A DNA stretch of 64,000 bases from an uncultured Chloroflexia bacterium (GTDB lineage: Bacteria > Chloroflexota > Limnocylindria > Limnocylindrales > CSP1-4). Made by a program: the position numbers and the translations under genes. Shown piece after piece: positions 39,387 through 48,848 of the stretch; positions within the stretch are counted from its first letter, which is position 1, and each line of letters begins with the position of its first letter. The notes beneath the pieces were generated by a model, which searched no databases, was not told where the DNA came from, and saw only the letters and a list, made by a program, of their open reading frames with translations. The stretch covers positions 3,360,001 to 3,424,000 of the forward strand of contig OY970218.1 in NCBI GenBank assembly GCA_963713975.1. Direction: 5' to 3'.

Positions 39387-39480
39387 GGATCGGCCCAGAT
39401 GGCGAAGCGCCTGCCGGCTGACCGCCTGCGGCCCGGCGCCGCGGCACGGGCCCCGGGGTCGCGTCAGGCGCCAGCCCGCC

Positions 39481-39804
39481 TCAGGCCTCGTTCCCGGGAC
39501 CCTCCCCCACTCCGCTCGCCTCCCGCAGCGTGTGCCCGTCCACGCGCCTCCCGAACCTCTTCGAGAGCTCCGCCACCAGAGCGTCGGCGACGTCGTCGGC
39601 ACCGCCCTCGCGCTCGGTCCAGGCCGACCACTCGAACTCCTCGAGATAGTCGTCCGTCCCCGCCAGCCCCTCGCGCATGGTGATCCGGCTGATCTCCTGC
39701 ATGAACCAGCGGGCCATCGTCCGGTTCGCCCGGCTCCCCGCGTCGTCGGTGGCCTGGACCTGGGTCGGGATCTCGCGCCAGGCGAGGACGCGGTAGCGGG
39801 CCAT
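39481..39804 (-). CDS. 'Virulence factor' family small protein
   Basis: YRVLAWREIPTQV..WFMQEISRITMREGLAGTDDYLEEFEW pattern; GGAGG SD. Confidence 0.7.
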   Translation of the reverse strand: MARYRVLAWREIPTQVQATDDAGSRANRTMARWFMQEISRITMREGLAGTDDYLEEFEWSAWTEREGGADDVADALVAELSKRFGRRVDGHTLREASGVGEGPGNEA

Positions 39805-39826
39805 GCGGGCTCCTCCGGCTCGGGAC

Positions 39827-40351
39827 CTAACAGCCCTGCCCGCTGGCGCGGTCCATGGCGCTGGCAAGGGCGTCCTTCTCCGCGTCCGGGAGGCTCCGGT
39901 CCAGCACCGCGAGGTACTGTTCCTCCTCGGCGAGGTGGACCTTGAGCAGCGCGTGCAGGCGGTACAGGGACCGCCGCAGGGCCAGACCCTCCATCTCGTC
40001 CCAGGTGCACTCGTTCTCGTGGACCTGGTAGGTGCCCAGCTCCGCGACCAGGAGCCGGACGGTCGCGTGCTCCTCGCGCATGGGGGCCATGGTGTGGCGG
40101 GGCCCCATCAGGGTCTCGAGGCGCTCGTACAGGATGGCCTCGAAAGCGTCCATGCGCGGGACGAGCTCGTCCGCCACGAAGGCGTACTCCTCGTTGTAGA
40201 GCGCGTGAAGCGCGGCGCATTCCACGCGCCCCACCATCTCGGCGAGGGTGAGGAGGCGGTCCACGTGCGGCATCAACCGCGCGTGGTAGGCCTCGCTGGT
40301 GGCGCGCAGCGAGGAGAGGTCGCCGGCGGGCTGGGGCGTGTCGGTGCTCAC
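39827..40351 (-). CDS. Hemerythrin domain protein
   Basis: H, E..LY, MREEH, HLAEEE motifs. Confidence 0.8.
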   Translation of the reverse strand: MSTDTPQPAGDLSSLRATSEAYHARLMPHVDRLLTLAEMVGRVECAALHALYNEEYAFVADELVPRMDAFEAILYERLETLMGPRHTMAPMREEHATVRLLVAELGTYQVHENECTWDEMEGLALRRSLYRLHALLKVHLAEEEQYLAVLDRSLPDAEKDALASAMDRASGQGC

Positions 40352-40455
40352 CGGGGCATCCTAGCCGGGCTCGGGTCTGCCCGCACCACGACCCTGGCCG
40401 GTACGTTCCCTTTCGGTGGTGCCGCAGGACTGGGCCTGCGGCACGTCACTCGAGG

Positions 40456-40947
40456 CTAGGCGCCTGCGACCGGGTGCTCCAGGGCCGCCTTGACCGCGTC
40501 AGCCACGTCGTCCGTGACGCCGTGCTCGATGATCCGGAGATAGGCATCCTCCTCCGCGAGGTGGACCTTCAGCAGCGCGTACAGGTGGAACAGGACGCGC
40601 CGGATCGAGAGGGTCCGTGCCAGGGTCACGTGGCCCTGGCCCTCGTCCACGAGCACGCCGAGCTCCGCGATCAGCTCCCGGATGCGGGCGTGCTCACGGC
40701 GCATGGGCGCCATGGAGTGGCGGTTCTGGAACATCCGCTCCAGCTCCGGGTAGAGGGCGCGCTCGGCGGCCTCCATGTGCGAAAGCAGCGTCCCGACGAG
40801 GAACCCTCGCAGATCGCGGAGGCTGGTCTGGGCCGCGTCGGGCGCGCTGGTGAGCAACGCGTCGGCGATCTCGGGCATGCGGTTCACGGTCTCGAGCAGC
40901 CGCTCGTGGTGCACGTGTGCCGTCTGCGGCAGCGTCTCGCTGGTCAT
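40456..40947 (-). CDS. Hemerythrin domain protein
   Basis: HHE, HMEAAERALYP, MRREH, HLAEED motifs. Confidence 0.85.
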   Translation of the reverse strand: MTSETLPQTAHVHHERLLETVNRMPEIADALLTSAPDAAQTSLRDLRGFLVGTLLSHMEAAERALYPELERMFQNRHSMAPMRREHARIRELIAELGVLVDEGQGHVTLARTLSIRRVLFHLYALLKVHLAEEDAYLRIIEHGVTDDVADAVKAALEHPVAGA

Positions 40948-40950
40948 GGC

Positions 40951-42159
40951 TCAGGCTCCTTCCGTTGGCTGGCGCGACAGGGCGACGTAGAACAGGGCCA
41001 CGGGCCGGTAGACCGCGTGGGCGAGCTTCATGAAGGGGGCGAGGAGCACGAGCTCCATCGCGACCGCGACGTGGACGAGGAACAGCCAGTAGCCCCAGGT
41101 GGGGGCGCTCGGCAGGTAGAGCGCGAGCTCGATCGCGAAGCCGGTGACGGCCGTGACCCACAGCAAGCCCAGCAGCAGCCAGTCGGCGGTGGTGGAGCGC
41201 TTGACGCTCCGGTTGGCGGCGCGGCGCCGGTCGATGATCAGGACGGTGGCCCCGTACACGAGGAGCGCCCCGGCGACGGTGCCAAGGAGCCGGACCGGGT
41301 ACCAGATCGGGACCGGGGTCCCCGTCTCCTTGATCCCGAGCAGCGCGAGCCCGTAGTCCAGGCCGGTGGCCAGCAGCAGGCCCAGGAAGCCCCAGACCAC
41401 GAGCGCATGGACCAGCCAGCGGCGGCGGTACCAGGGCACCGCCATCGCGACGTCGTCGGCCTCGCACTCCTCGCGGAAGCGGACCTGGCCCAGCGACTCG
41501 CGCCCGACGGCGCTCCACAGGGCGCGGCCGGTCCGGCCGAGTGCCGCACGCGACCCGAGCACGCTCCGCGGGCTCTCGCCCTCGCGGCGCCCGATGTCAC
41601 GGGCCATGGTCGCGATGCCCAGCACGCCGGCGAGGACGACCACGATCATGACGACGATGCCGGTGTCGTGGATGAGCTCGGACGGGATCCACTCGAAGAT
41701 CGCGAGGGTCTCGGTGCTCATGGGCCCGCGGGCCGAGTACATGAACGCCGCGAAGAGCACCGCCAGGAGGACGGCGACCACGGTCGCAAGGACCGGTCTG
41801 GTGTAGAGCGTCCGGGCAAGGTGCGTCCGGTCGTAGGAGGCGATGGCGTAGCGACGGGTCGCCGCCATGAACTCGGACGGATCGGCCTGCGTGGGGCAGG
41901 TCTCGGCGCACTCGCCGCACTGGTAGCACGCCCACAGCTCCTTGGAGCCCAGGAGCGCGTCCTTCATGCCCAGCTGGGCGTAGCGGATGATCCGGCGCGG
42001 GAAGGTGCCGTCGGTCTGGGACATGGGGCAGGTCGCGGAGCAAGTGCCGCAGGAGAAGCAGGCGCTGATGTCGGTGGCCCCGAAGCGCTGGAGGTCCGGG
42101 TACAGGCCCACGTCCAGGCGGGCGGGAGCGGCAACGGCGGGAACGGTGGTGGCAGTCAT
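40951..42159 (-). CDS. QmoC-like protein: HdrC-type 2x[4Fe-4S] domain fused to a cytochrome-b-like membrane domain
   Basis: CFSCGTCSATCP, CYQCGECAETCP, then TM helices with H residues (WLVHAL, LVHVA, KLAHAVYRP). Confidence 0.82.
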   Translation of the reverse strand: MTATTVPAVAAPARLDVGLYPDLQRFGATDISACFSCGTCSATCPMSQTDGTFPRRIIRYAQLGMKDALLGSKELWACYQCGECAETCPTQADPSEFMAATRRYAIASYDRTHLARTLYTRPVLATVVAVLLAVLFAAFMYSARGPMSTETLAIFEWIPSELIHDTGIVVMIVVVLAGVLGIATMARDIGRREGESPRSVLGSRAALGRTGRALWSAVGRESLGQVRFREECEADDVAMAVPWYRRRWLVHALVVWGFLGLLLATGLDYGLALLGIKETGTPVPIWYPVRLLGTVAGALLVYGATVLIIDRRRAANRSVKRSTTADWLLLGLLWVTAVTGFAIELALYLPSAPTWGYWLFLVHVAVAMELVLLAPFMKLAHAVYRPVALFYVALSRQPTEGA

Positions 42160-42404
42160 CAGGACTCCCGCCCGGTGGGCACGTACTGGAAGTAGCCGTC
42201 GGGGGCGTTGCCCTTGATCTCCTCGAGCCAGCCATAGCGCCGCATGCCCATGACCCAGAACAGGACCTCGTGGCTGGGCGAGCCGACGGCCTCGGCGATC
42301 TCGGGGACGGTGAGCGGGCCACCGCGCAGGGCTGCGAGGATGCGGGGCCGCATGACCGGCTCCTCCCTCATCACCTCGCGCGGGTCCCGGGACAGGTCAG
42401 GCAT
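42159..42404 (-). CDS. Small winged-helix protein
   Basis: RILAALRGGPLTVPEIAEAVG; stop/start overlaps with both neighbours. Confidence 0.75.
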   Translation of the reverse strand: MPDLSRDPREVMREEPVMRPRILAALRGGPLTVPEIAEAVGSPSHEVLFWVMGMRRYGWLEEIKGNAPDGYFQYVPTGRES

Positions 42405-44170
42405 CAGACGGGCACCTCCACGAGGCCCTCGATCATGGCGGTGATCTCGGCGTCGGTGTAGCCGAGCAGGTCGATCGCGTTCTCGGGGCAGATCGGCACG
42501 CAGCCGCCGCACCCCTTGCAGCCGGTCGGGCTGATGACCGCGAAGTGGCGATCCCCCTCCTCGGTCATGGAGATCGCGTCGTAGGGACAGGCCGTGAGGC
42601 AGTCGCCGCAGGCGGTGCACGCCTCGGGCTCCACGATCGCGACCAGGGGATCGAGCTCCGTGTAGCCCTTCTTGAGGACCGACGCGCTCTGGGTCACGGC
42701 GGCCAGGCCGGACATGACGCTCTCACCCGAGGTCTTCGGGCCCTGGCAGGCGCCGGCGATCAGCACGCCGTCCACCACGGTCTCGACGGGGCGGAGCTTG
42801 GGATGGATCTCGTTGAAGAAGCCGTCACTGCCGGCCGGCAGCTTGAGCACGTCCACCAGGCCCTGGTTCTCGCGCGGGACCATGCCCGTGACGAGGACCA
42901 CCAGGTCCACGGGGATCGCCATCTCGATCCGCTCGGTAAGCAGGTCGCGGACCGTGACGGTCAGGCGCCCGTCGGGGCCCTGGGACACGGACGGCGGCTC
43001 CTCGTTGTCGAACTTGAGGAAGACCGACCCGGTCGTGCGAGCCTCGGTGTACAGGGGCTCGAACTTGCCGTACGTGCGCATGTCCCGGTAGAGGTGGAAC
43101 TGGCGGATGGCCGGATCGAGGCCCGAGACCTCCACCGCCGTCTGGACCGTGGCGGCACAGCAGAACCGGGAGCAATACGAGTTGGCGCATCCGGCCGTTT
43201 TCCGGCTGCCGACGCAGTACACGTAGGCCACACTGCGGACCGGTCGGCCCTGCCACGCCAGGCTGCCGGTGGAGCCGTCCACCAGCTCTTTGAACTCCGT
43301 CAGGGTGACGACGCCGTCGATGCCATAGCCGAGCTCGCCCTCCTCGGGGCGGTAGTCGTCGAAGCCTGTGGCCACGACGATCGAGCCGACGGCGACCTCG
43401 ATGGCGCCGGCACCCTCGCCGCCGATCCGGAGGCTGACCAGGTAGTTGCCGAAGCTTCCGGCCTTGCCGACGAGCTCCGCGCCGGTGAGGACCGTGATCG
43501 TGGGGCGCTTGCGGACCTCGGCCACGAGGTTGCCGATCAGGTCCGTGCCCTTGCGGTTGTGGGGATACATCGCGCCGAGCCGGCCGACCCGGCCACCCAG
43601 CTCGAGCTCACGTTCGACGAGGGTCACCTTGAGGCCGATGTCGGCCAGGCCGACGGCCGCCCGGAGGCCCGCGATCCCGCCGCCGATGACCAGGGTGTGA
43701 GGGATCGTCTCCACGACCACCGGCTCGAGCGGCACGGTGTGACGGGTCCGCCCGATACCGGCCTCCACGAGAGCGGTTGCCTTGGCGGTCGCGCCATCGT
43801 GGTCGTCCGTGTGGACCCAGGAGCACTGCTCCCGGATGTTGACCTGGGTGTACTCGTAGGGGTTGAGGCCGGCCCGCTGGGCCACGCCGCGGAAGGTGTA
43901 CGTGTGCAGCTTGGGCGAGCACGAGGCGACCACGAGGCCGTCCAGCTGGTTGGCCTGGATGTCCTCCACGATCTCCGACTGGGTCGCGTCCGAGCAGGTG
44001 AACATCGCGGTCTTCGCGACGACGACGTCGCCGTTGCCGCGGATGTCATTGACCACCTTGTCGACGTCGACATAGTCGCTGATGTTGCCGCCGCAGTGGC
44101 AGACATACACCCCGATGCGGCGGCCGGTCTCGGCCTCGGGCGCCGGCTGCAGGACCGTCTCGTCGCTCAT
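42404..44170 (-). CDS. hdrA: Heterodisulfide reductase subunit A-like flavoprotein
   Basis: VYVCHCGGNI, ASCSP, NIREQCSWVH, IGGGIAG, YCVGSR..CSRFCC, C-terminal 2x[4Fe-4S]. Confidence 0.92.
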   Translation of the reverse strand: MSDETVLQPAPEAETGRRIGVYVCHCGGNISDYVDVDKVVNDIRGNGDVVVAKTAMFTCSDATQSEIVEDIQANQLDGLVVASCSPKLHTYTFRGVAQRAGLNPYEYTQVNIREQCSWVHTDDHDGATAKATALVEAGIGRTRHTVPLEPVVVETIPHTLVIGGGIAGLRAAVGLADIGLKVTLVERELELGGRVGRLGAMYPHNRKGTDLIGNLVAEVRKRPTITVLTGAELVGKAGSFGNYLVSLRIGGEGAGAIEVAVGSIVVATGFDDYRPEEGELGYGIDGVVTLTEFKELVDGSTGSLAWQGRPVRSVAYVYCVGSRKTAGCANSYCSRFCCAATVQTAVEVSGLDPAIRQFHLYRDMRTYGKFEPLYTEARTTGSVFLKFDNEEPPSVSQGPDGRLTVTVRDLLTERIEMAIPVDLVVLVTGMVPRENQGLVDVLKLPAGSDGFFNEIHPKLRPVETVVDGVLIAGACQGPKTSGESVMSGLAAVTQSASVLKKGYTELDPLVAIVEPEACTACGDCLTACPYDAISMTEEGDRHFAVISPTGCKGCGGCVPICPENAIDLLGYTDAEITAMIEGLVEVPV

Positions 44171-46944
44171 GCCGGCACCAGCTCGATCTGGGGAAGGGGC
44201 TTCGTCCGCTCGAGGTGGGCCGCGACCTGGGCCACGGCGGCACCCGCGTGCAGGATGGAGTCCGCGATGTCCTTGGCGCCGGACGCGGCCCCGGCCACGT
44301 AGACGCCGGGGATGCTGGTCTGGCCCGGGTTCACGTCCTCCTCCGGCTCCGCCACGTACTGCCATTCGTCCAGGGCGAGCTCGCCCACGTCGAACAGCCG
44401 CTCGGCGTCCTTGTTCGGCAGCACCCCCACCGCCAGCACGACCAGGTCGTACTCGGCCTCGGTGATCGCGCCGCCGTTCTCGATGTCCTCGTACTTGAGG
44501 ACCAGGTTCCCGCCCGGCAGCTCGGTCACGTCCGCGATCCGGCCCTTCACGTAGGTCGCGCCCATGTCCTTGGCCTGCTCGTAGAACTCGTCATAGCGCT
44601 TGCCCGGGGCCCGGATGTCCATGTAGTGGACGGTGATGTCGGCCAGGGGCAGGGCGCCCATCAGGAGCTGGTTCTGCTTGATGGAGTACATGCAGCAGAA
44701 GCGCGAGCAGAGCGGGTTGCCGACGGTCTCGTCGCGAGACCCGGTGCACAGGATGTAGGCGATCCGCTCGGGAACCTTCCCGTCGCCCGGGCGCAGGATC
44801 GTGTTGAACGGCCGCGTCGGAGCGAGCAGCCGGTCCATCTGCATGCCGGTGATGACGTTCTTGTACATGCCGAACCCGTACTCGGGCTTGAGGTCCGCGG
44901 GGAACAGCTTGAAGCCGGTGGAAACGACGACGGCGCCGACCCTGATGTCGCGCTCCTGGTCGGTCGCACGCAGGTCGATGCAGCCGTCCACGGGGCAGGC
45001 CGAGACACACTCGTTGCACTCGGAGCAGACGGCGCAGTCGATGCACCGGCCGGACGCCCGGCGGGCCTCCTGCTCCGTGAGCGGTGCCTCCACCTCGCGG
45101 AAGTCCGTGGGGGCCGTGACGAGCACGGAGCCCTCGGGCGTGGCCGCGGAGAGGGTGTAGGCCTTCTGGCGGGCCAGCACCTGCTGCTTGTCCACGACGG
45201 GCAGGCGCGTGTCCCAGTCGTCGAACTCACGGCCCGACAGCCAGGCGTCGATCTGGTGGGCGGCCTTGCGGCCCTCGCCCACCGCCCGCGTGATGTCCGT
45301 GGGCCCGTGCACCGCGTCGCCGGCGGCGAACACGTGGGGTGTCCCCGTCTGGCAGGTCACCGGGTCCGAGGTCACCCGGCCATTCTTCGCGACGGCGACG
45401 CGGTCGCCGAAGAGGCTTGTGTCAGGGCGCATGCCGATGGCGGCGATGATCACGTCGGCCGGGATCGTCGTGTCGGAGCCCGGGATGGGCTCGGCGGAGC
45501 GACGCCCGGAGGCATCCGGGGCGCCGAGGCGCATCTCCTGGCAGCGCAGCCCGGAGACCGCGCCCTGGGCATCACCGATGACCTCGGCCGGGGCCACCAG
45601 GAGCCGGAACTCGACGCCCTCCTTCTCGGCATCCGCTGCTTCCACGTGGTGGGCGGGCATCTCGTCGCGGCTGCGGCGATAGGCCACCGTCACGGAGGCC
45701 GCGCCAAGACGCCGCGCGGTTCGCGCCGCGTCCATCGCCACGTTGCCACCGCCCACGACGATGACGCGCTTGCCGGCGAGCTCGGGCGCATCGTCCAGCT
45801 TCACGCGGCGCAGGAAGTCCGTGCCGCCGAGGACGCCCAGGCGATCCTCGCCCGGGACGCCGAGACCGGTCGAGCGGTGGGTGCCGATGGCGACCAGCAC
45901 CGCGTCGAAGCCCTCGTCCTTGAGCGCGGCGGGATCCGTCACGGGGCTGTCGGTCACGATCTCCACGCCGAGCTCGGTGACGTTCTCGATGTCGCGGTCC
46001 ACCACCGCCTCGGGCAGCCGGTAGGACGGGATCCCCAGGCGCAGGAAGCCGCCGGCGACCGGAGCCGCCTCGTAGACCTTGACGGCGTAGCCCAGGCGGG
46101 CGAGCTGCCAGGCGGCGGTGAGGCCGGTGGGACCGGAGCCCACGATCGCGATTCGTCGTCCGTTGGGCGCCGGGCGCTCGATGCCGTTATCCGCGCCGCT
46201 CACGTCATGCGCGTCGGAGGCGAAGCGCTTGAGGCGGCGGATCGGGAGCGTTCCCTCCAGCGAGCCGCGGGTGCAGTCGACCTCGCACGGTGCGTAGCAG
46301 GCGCGTCCGAGGGTGCCGACGAACGGGGTGGCGTCCAGCACCAGCCGGTAGGCCTCCTCGTCGAGGCCGCTGCGGATCAGGCTGACGTAGCCGTGGGCCT
46401 GGATCCCGGCCGGGCACGCGAACGAGCACGGCGAGCTGCCGACACGATCGATGACGGCCTTCTTGGGCACGGCCTGGGGGAAGGCGATGTGGGCCGCGCG
46501 ACGGGCGACCAGGTCCGCATTGAACTGGTCGGGCACGGCCACCGTGCACGCGGTCTCGCACTTCTGGCAGCCGGTGCAGGTGTCGATGTCGACGAAGCGG
46601 GCCTTCTGGGTGACCTTCGCGTTGAACGTGCCGTCGGCCGAGGTCCGGATCTGGTCCACGCGGCCGTAGGTCATGGCGGTGATGTTCGGGTGGTGGATCG
46701 TCGACGCCATCTTGGGGGTCGAGATGCAGGAGGCGCAGTCGAGCGTGGGGAAGACCTTGCTGAGCAGGATCATCTTGCCGCCCACGCTGGCGTCCTTTTC
46801 GACCAGCAGGACCTTGTAGCCCATGTCGCCGAGCTTGAGAGCGGACTCCATGCCGCCGATGCCGGACCCGACGACCAGGACGTCGTAGTCGGTCGCGGTG
46901 GTGGCCTCGTCGCGGGTGGCGCAGGTGTCGGTCATCGTGGTCAT
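44167..46944 (-). CDS. HdrL-type protein: HdrA-like flavoprotein with inserted GltD-like NAD(P)H oxidoreductase module
   Basis: LSKVFPTLDCASC, CTGCQKC, CPAG..GRACYAPCEVDC, VGSGPTG, VGGGNVAMD, CTGSR..CSRFCCMY. Confidence 0.9.
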   Translation of the reverse strand: MTTMTDTCATRDEATTATDYDVLVVGSGIGGMESALKLGDMGYKVLLVEKDASVGGKMILLSKVFPTLDCASCISTPKMASTIHHPNITAMTYGRVDQIRTSADGTFNAKVTQKARFVDIDTCTGCQKCETACTVAVPDQFNADLVARRAAHIAFPQAVPKKAVIDRVGSSPCSFACPAGIQAHGYVSLIRSGLDEEAYRLVLDATPFVGTLGRACYAPCEVDCTRGSLEGTLPIRRLKRFASDAHDVSGADNGIERPAPNGRRIAIVGSGPTGLTAAWQLARLGYAVKVYEAAPVAGGFLRLGIPSYRLPEAVVDRDIENVTELGVEIVTDSPVTDPAALKDEGFDAVLVAIGTHRSTGLGVPGEDRLGVLGGTDFLRRVKLDDAPELAGKRVIVVGGGNVAMDAARTARRLGAASVTVAYRRSRDEMPAHHVEAADAEKEGVEFRLLVAPAEVIGDAQGAVSGLRCQEMRLGAPDASGRRSAEPIPGSDTTIPADVIIAAIGMRPDTSLFGDRVAVAKNGRVTSDPVTCQTGTPHVFAAGDAVHGPTDITRAVGEGRKAAHQIDAWLSGREFDDWDTRLPVVDKQQVLARQKAYTLSAATPEGSVLVTAPTDFREVEAPLTEQEARRASGRCIDCAVCSECNECVSACPVDGCIDLRATDQERDIRVGAVVVSTGFKLFPADLKPEYGFGMYKNVITGMQMDRLLAPTRPFNTILRPGDGKVPERIAYILCTGSRDETVGNPLCSRFCCMYSIKQNQLLMGALPLADITVHYMDIRAPGKRYDEFYEQAKDMGATYVKGRIADVTELPGGNLVLKYEDIENGGAITEAEYDLVVLAVGVLPNKDAERLFDVGELALDEWQYVAEPEEDVNPGQTSIPGVYVAGAASGAKDIADSILHAGAAVAQVAAHLERTKPLPQIELVPA

Positions 46945-47384
46945 TCCGCCTTCGCCGGGCCCATGGCGACCAGCGCCTCCGAGAACCCCTGCACGTGCTT
47001 GGTGAACGGCTCCGAGCACACCGAGCAGATCGCCGCCATGCGCAGCCGGCTGGCCGCGATGCCCTTCTCCTTCATCTGCTTCTGCGACTCCGACATGATC
47101 CGGCTGGAGCGCTTGGCACAATCGGGCAGGTAGGCGCACTCGTCGCCATCGGACGCCACGAACACGCCGTCGAACCCGGACGCCAGTGCGTGCAGGATCC
47201 AGGAGGGCCGGATGCCGCTGGTGCACGGCAGGCCGATGACGTTCACGCCCGGCGAGTAGTGCATGTGGGCGCTGCCGGCCAGGTCGATGCCGGGGTCGGA
47301 GATGTTGTTCGTGGAGAAGACGAGGATCCGCGGGACGAACGTGTCGCCCGGTGCCTGCGGTTCGGTCGCGACGGGTGCGGTCAT
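46941..47384 (-). CDS. mvhD: MvhD/FlpD [2Fe-2S] subunit
   Basis: DLAGSAHMHY, LPCTS, GFDGV, ECAY, ICSVC; ATGA coupling to the HdrL gene. Confidence 0.85.
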   Translation of the reverse strand: MTAPVATEPQAPGDTFVPRILVFSTNNISDPGIDLAGSAHMHYSPGVNVIGLPCTSGIRPSWILHALASGFDGVFVASDGDECAYLPDCAKRSSRIMSESQKQMKEKGIAASRLRMAAICSVCSEPFTKHVQGFSEALVAMGPAKAE

Positions 47385-47465
47385 GGACGCGGTGCTCCTG
47401 CGGGCCGGAGTGTCGTCGCGACGCGGGCCGTGAGGGCGGGTCGCGACGACATCAGCGATCGGGTG

Positions 47466-47726
47466 CTACTTGCGGCGGGTGACGAAGACGCGGTCGTAGC
47501 CGTCGGCCTCGAGGGTGCCCATGAAGTCGTGGCCGACCTTGGTCGACCAGGCGCTGATGTCGGACTTGGTGCCGGGATCGGTGGACCAGAGCTCCATGAC
47601 GGAGCCGACGGGGACACCGGACATGCCCTTCTTGGCCTCCAGGAGCGGGCCGGGGCAGGCGGCGCCACGGGCGTCGATGATCTCGGCGGCTTCGATGGCC
47701 TCGAGCTCGGCAACGGTTGCGGTCAT
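47466..47726 (-). CDS. tusA: TusA/SirA sulfur carrier
   Basis: IDARGAACPGPLL, STDPG..DI.AW..GH. Confidence 0.9.
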   Translation of the reverse strand: MTATVAELEAIEAAEIIDARGAACPGPLLEAKKGMSGVPVGSVMELWSTDPGTKSDISAWSTKVGHDFMGTLEADGYDRVFVTRRK

Positions 47727-47785
47727 TTCGAGTGGTCTCCTAGTACACGAGGGCGTTGGTGGCTGACGTGATCTCGACGATGGCG

Positions 47786-48193
47786 CTAGATGAAGACGAG
47801 CTGGCCATCCTCGGCAGCCAGCAGGAAGGCGGCGATGCCGCCCGACGAGTCGACGATGGGGTCCAGGGTCGTGACGTCGATGCCCAGCACGTCCAGCGAC
47901 CCGGAGCAGGCGAGGACCGAGACGGTTCCCAGCTCCTTGGCCATCCGGAAGGTCTCCAGCCACGGGATCGACCTGGTTCCGTGCACCGGCCGGCTGGTGC
48001 CGTCGGCGGTCGAGTCCCAAGCGAGCCCAAGGCTCTCCTCCAGGCGCTCGGTACGGAACGCGTCCAGGGCCCAGTACTGGAGCAGGATGTTCACGGGTCG
48101 GTCCATGGCCGCCGCGCCGGCGGCGAGCGTCGCCGCGGCGTGCAGTTTGTCGGCCGTGCCCGAGAACAGGACGAGGTTCAGGGTGTCGCTCAT
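47786..48193 (-). CDS. DsrE/DsrF-like (DsrE2) sulfur relay protein
   Basis: LFSGTADK..AAAM..YWAL..LACSGSLD. Confidence 0.82.
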   Translation of the reverse strand: MSDTLNLVLFSGTADKLHAAATLAAGAAAMDRPVNILLQYWALDAFRTERLEESLGLAWDSTADGTSRPVHGTRSIPWLETFRMAKELGTVSVLACSGSLDVLGIDVTTLDPIVDSSGGIAAFLLAAEDGQLVFI

Positions 48194-48576
48194 CGATTGG
48201 TCACCTGTGCCGGGAGTTGGGTGGTGGAGGTCGCGGGCTGTGCGTCACGGGCCGCGGCGGCGGCGAGGCTGCCGAGCGCGGACAGGCGACGAACGATCAC
48301 GCTGCGCATGAGGTCGCAGGCGGCAAGGATCTCGGGGTCGGCAAGGCGATAGCGAACCGCCCGACCGTCCCGCGTGGCATCCACGAGACCCGCGGCGCGC
48401 ATCGCGGCGAGGTTCTGGGACACCGTGGCCTGGGGCAGCGCCAGCTCCTGCGCGAGCTCGCGGACCTCGAGGGGGCCACGGCCGAGCAGATGGACGATCC
48501 GCAGCCGGTGCGTACCGGCGAGCGCCCGGATGAGGCCGATCTGGATCAGATCAATCTCATTGACGGGGTCGTACAC
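48190..48576 (-). CDS. ArsR/SmtB family transcriptional repressor
   Basis: RALAG.HRLRIVHLL..VSQNLAAMRAAGLV..RDG..VRY.L. Confidence 0.9.
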   Translation of the reverse strand: MYDPVNEIDLIQIGLIRALAGTHRLRIVHLLGRGPLEVRELAQELALPQATVSQNLAAMRAAGLVDATRDGRAVRYRLADPEILAACDLMRSVIVRRLSALGSLAAAAARDAQPATSTTQLPAQVTNR

Positions 48577-48616
48577 ATGGCCTCCTGCGCCCTTTGGAGT
48601 AACTGTCCTCTATATC

Positions 48617-48635
48617 TATATGCGATCTGCATATA
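48617..48635. promoter_or_regulatory. Putative ArsR operator palindrome
   Basis: TATATGC-GATCT-GCATATA in an AT-rich patch about 40 bp upstream of arsR. Confidence 0.6.
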
Positions 48636-48848
48636 TGAGCCCTGAGCCATTGGTCACCGAGCGGAGGGACGGGCGGCCCGGGCCATCGGTGGCGCGACCC
48701 CCCGAGCGGCAGCCGATTGGCGCGAAGGGCAGGCGTGGTATCGGCCGGCTGGCCGGCGCACGGGCCGGCTCGCAAGCGGTCGACCCGACTGCTGGAGGGC
48801 CCGGAGGGTCGAGAGGGCGGCTCCAGGATGGCCGCGTGCCGGGCCCCG

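Noticed and set aside
42404-47384. Selenocysteine recoding in HdrA or MvhD
   Set aside because: The reading frames are open with Cys at the recognisable positions; no in-frame TGA is needed.
48645-48830. Possible third, inverted copy of the 38033/39239 repeat
   Set aside because: Only short patches (CAGGCGTG, ACCCGAC) match, which cannot be distinguished from GC-rich background without alignment statistics.
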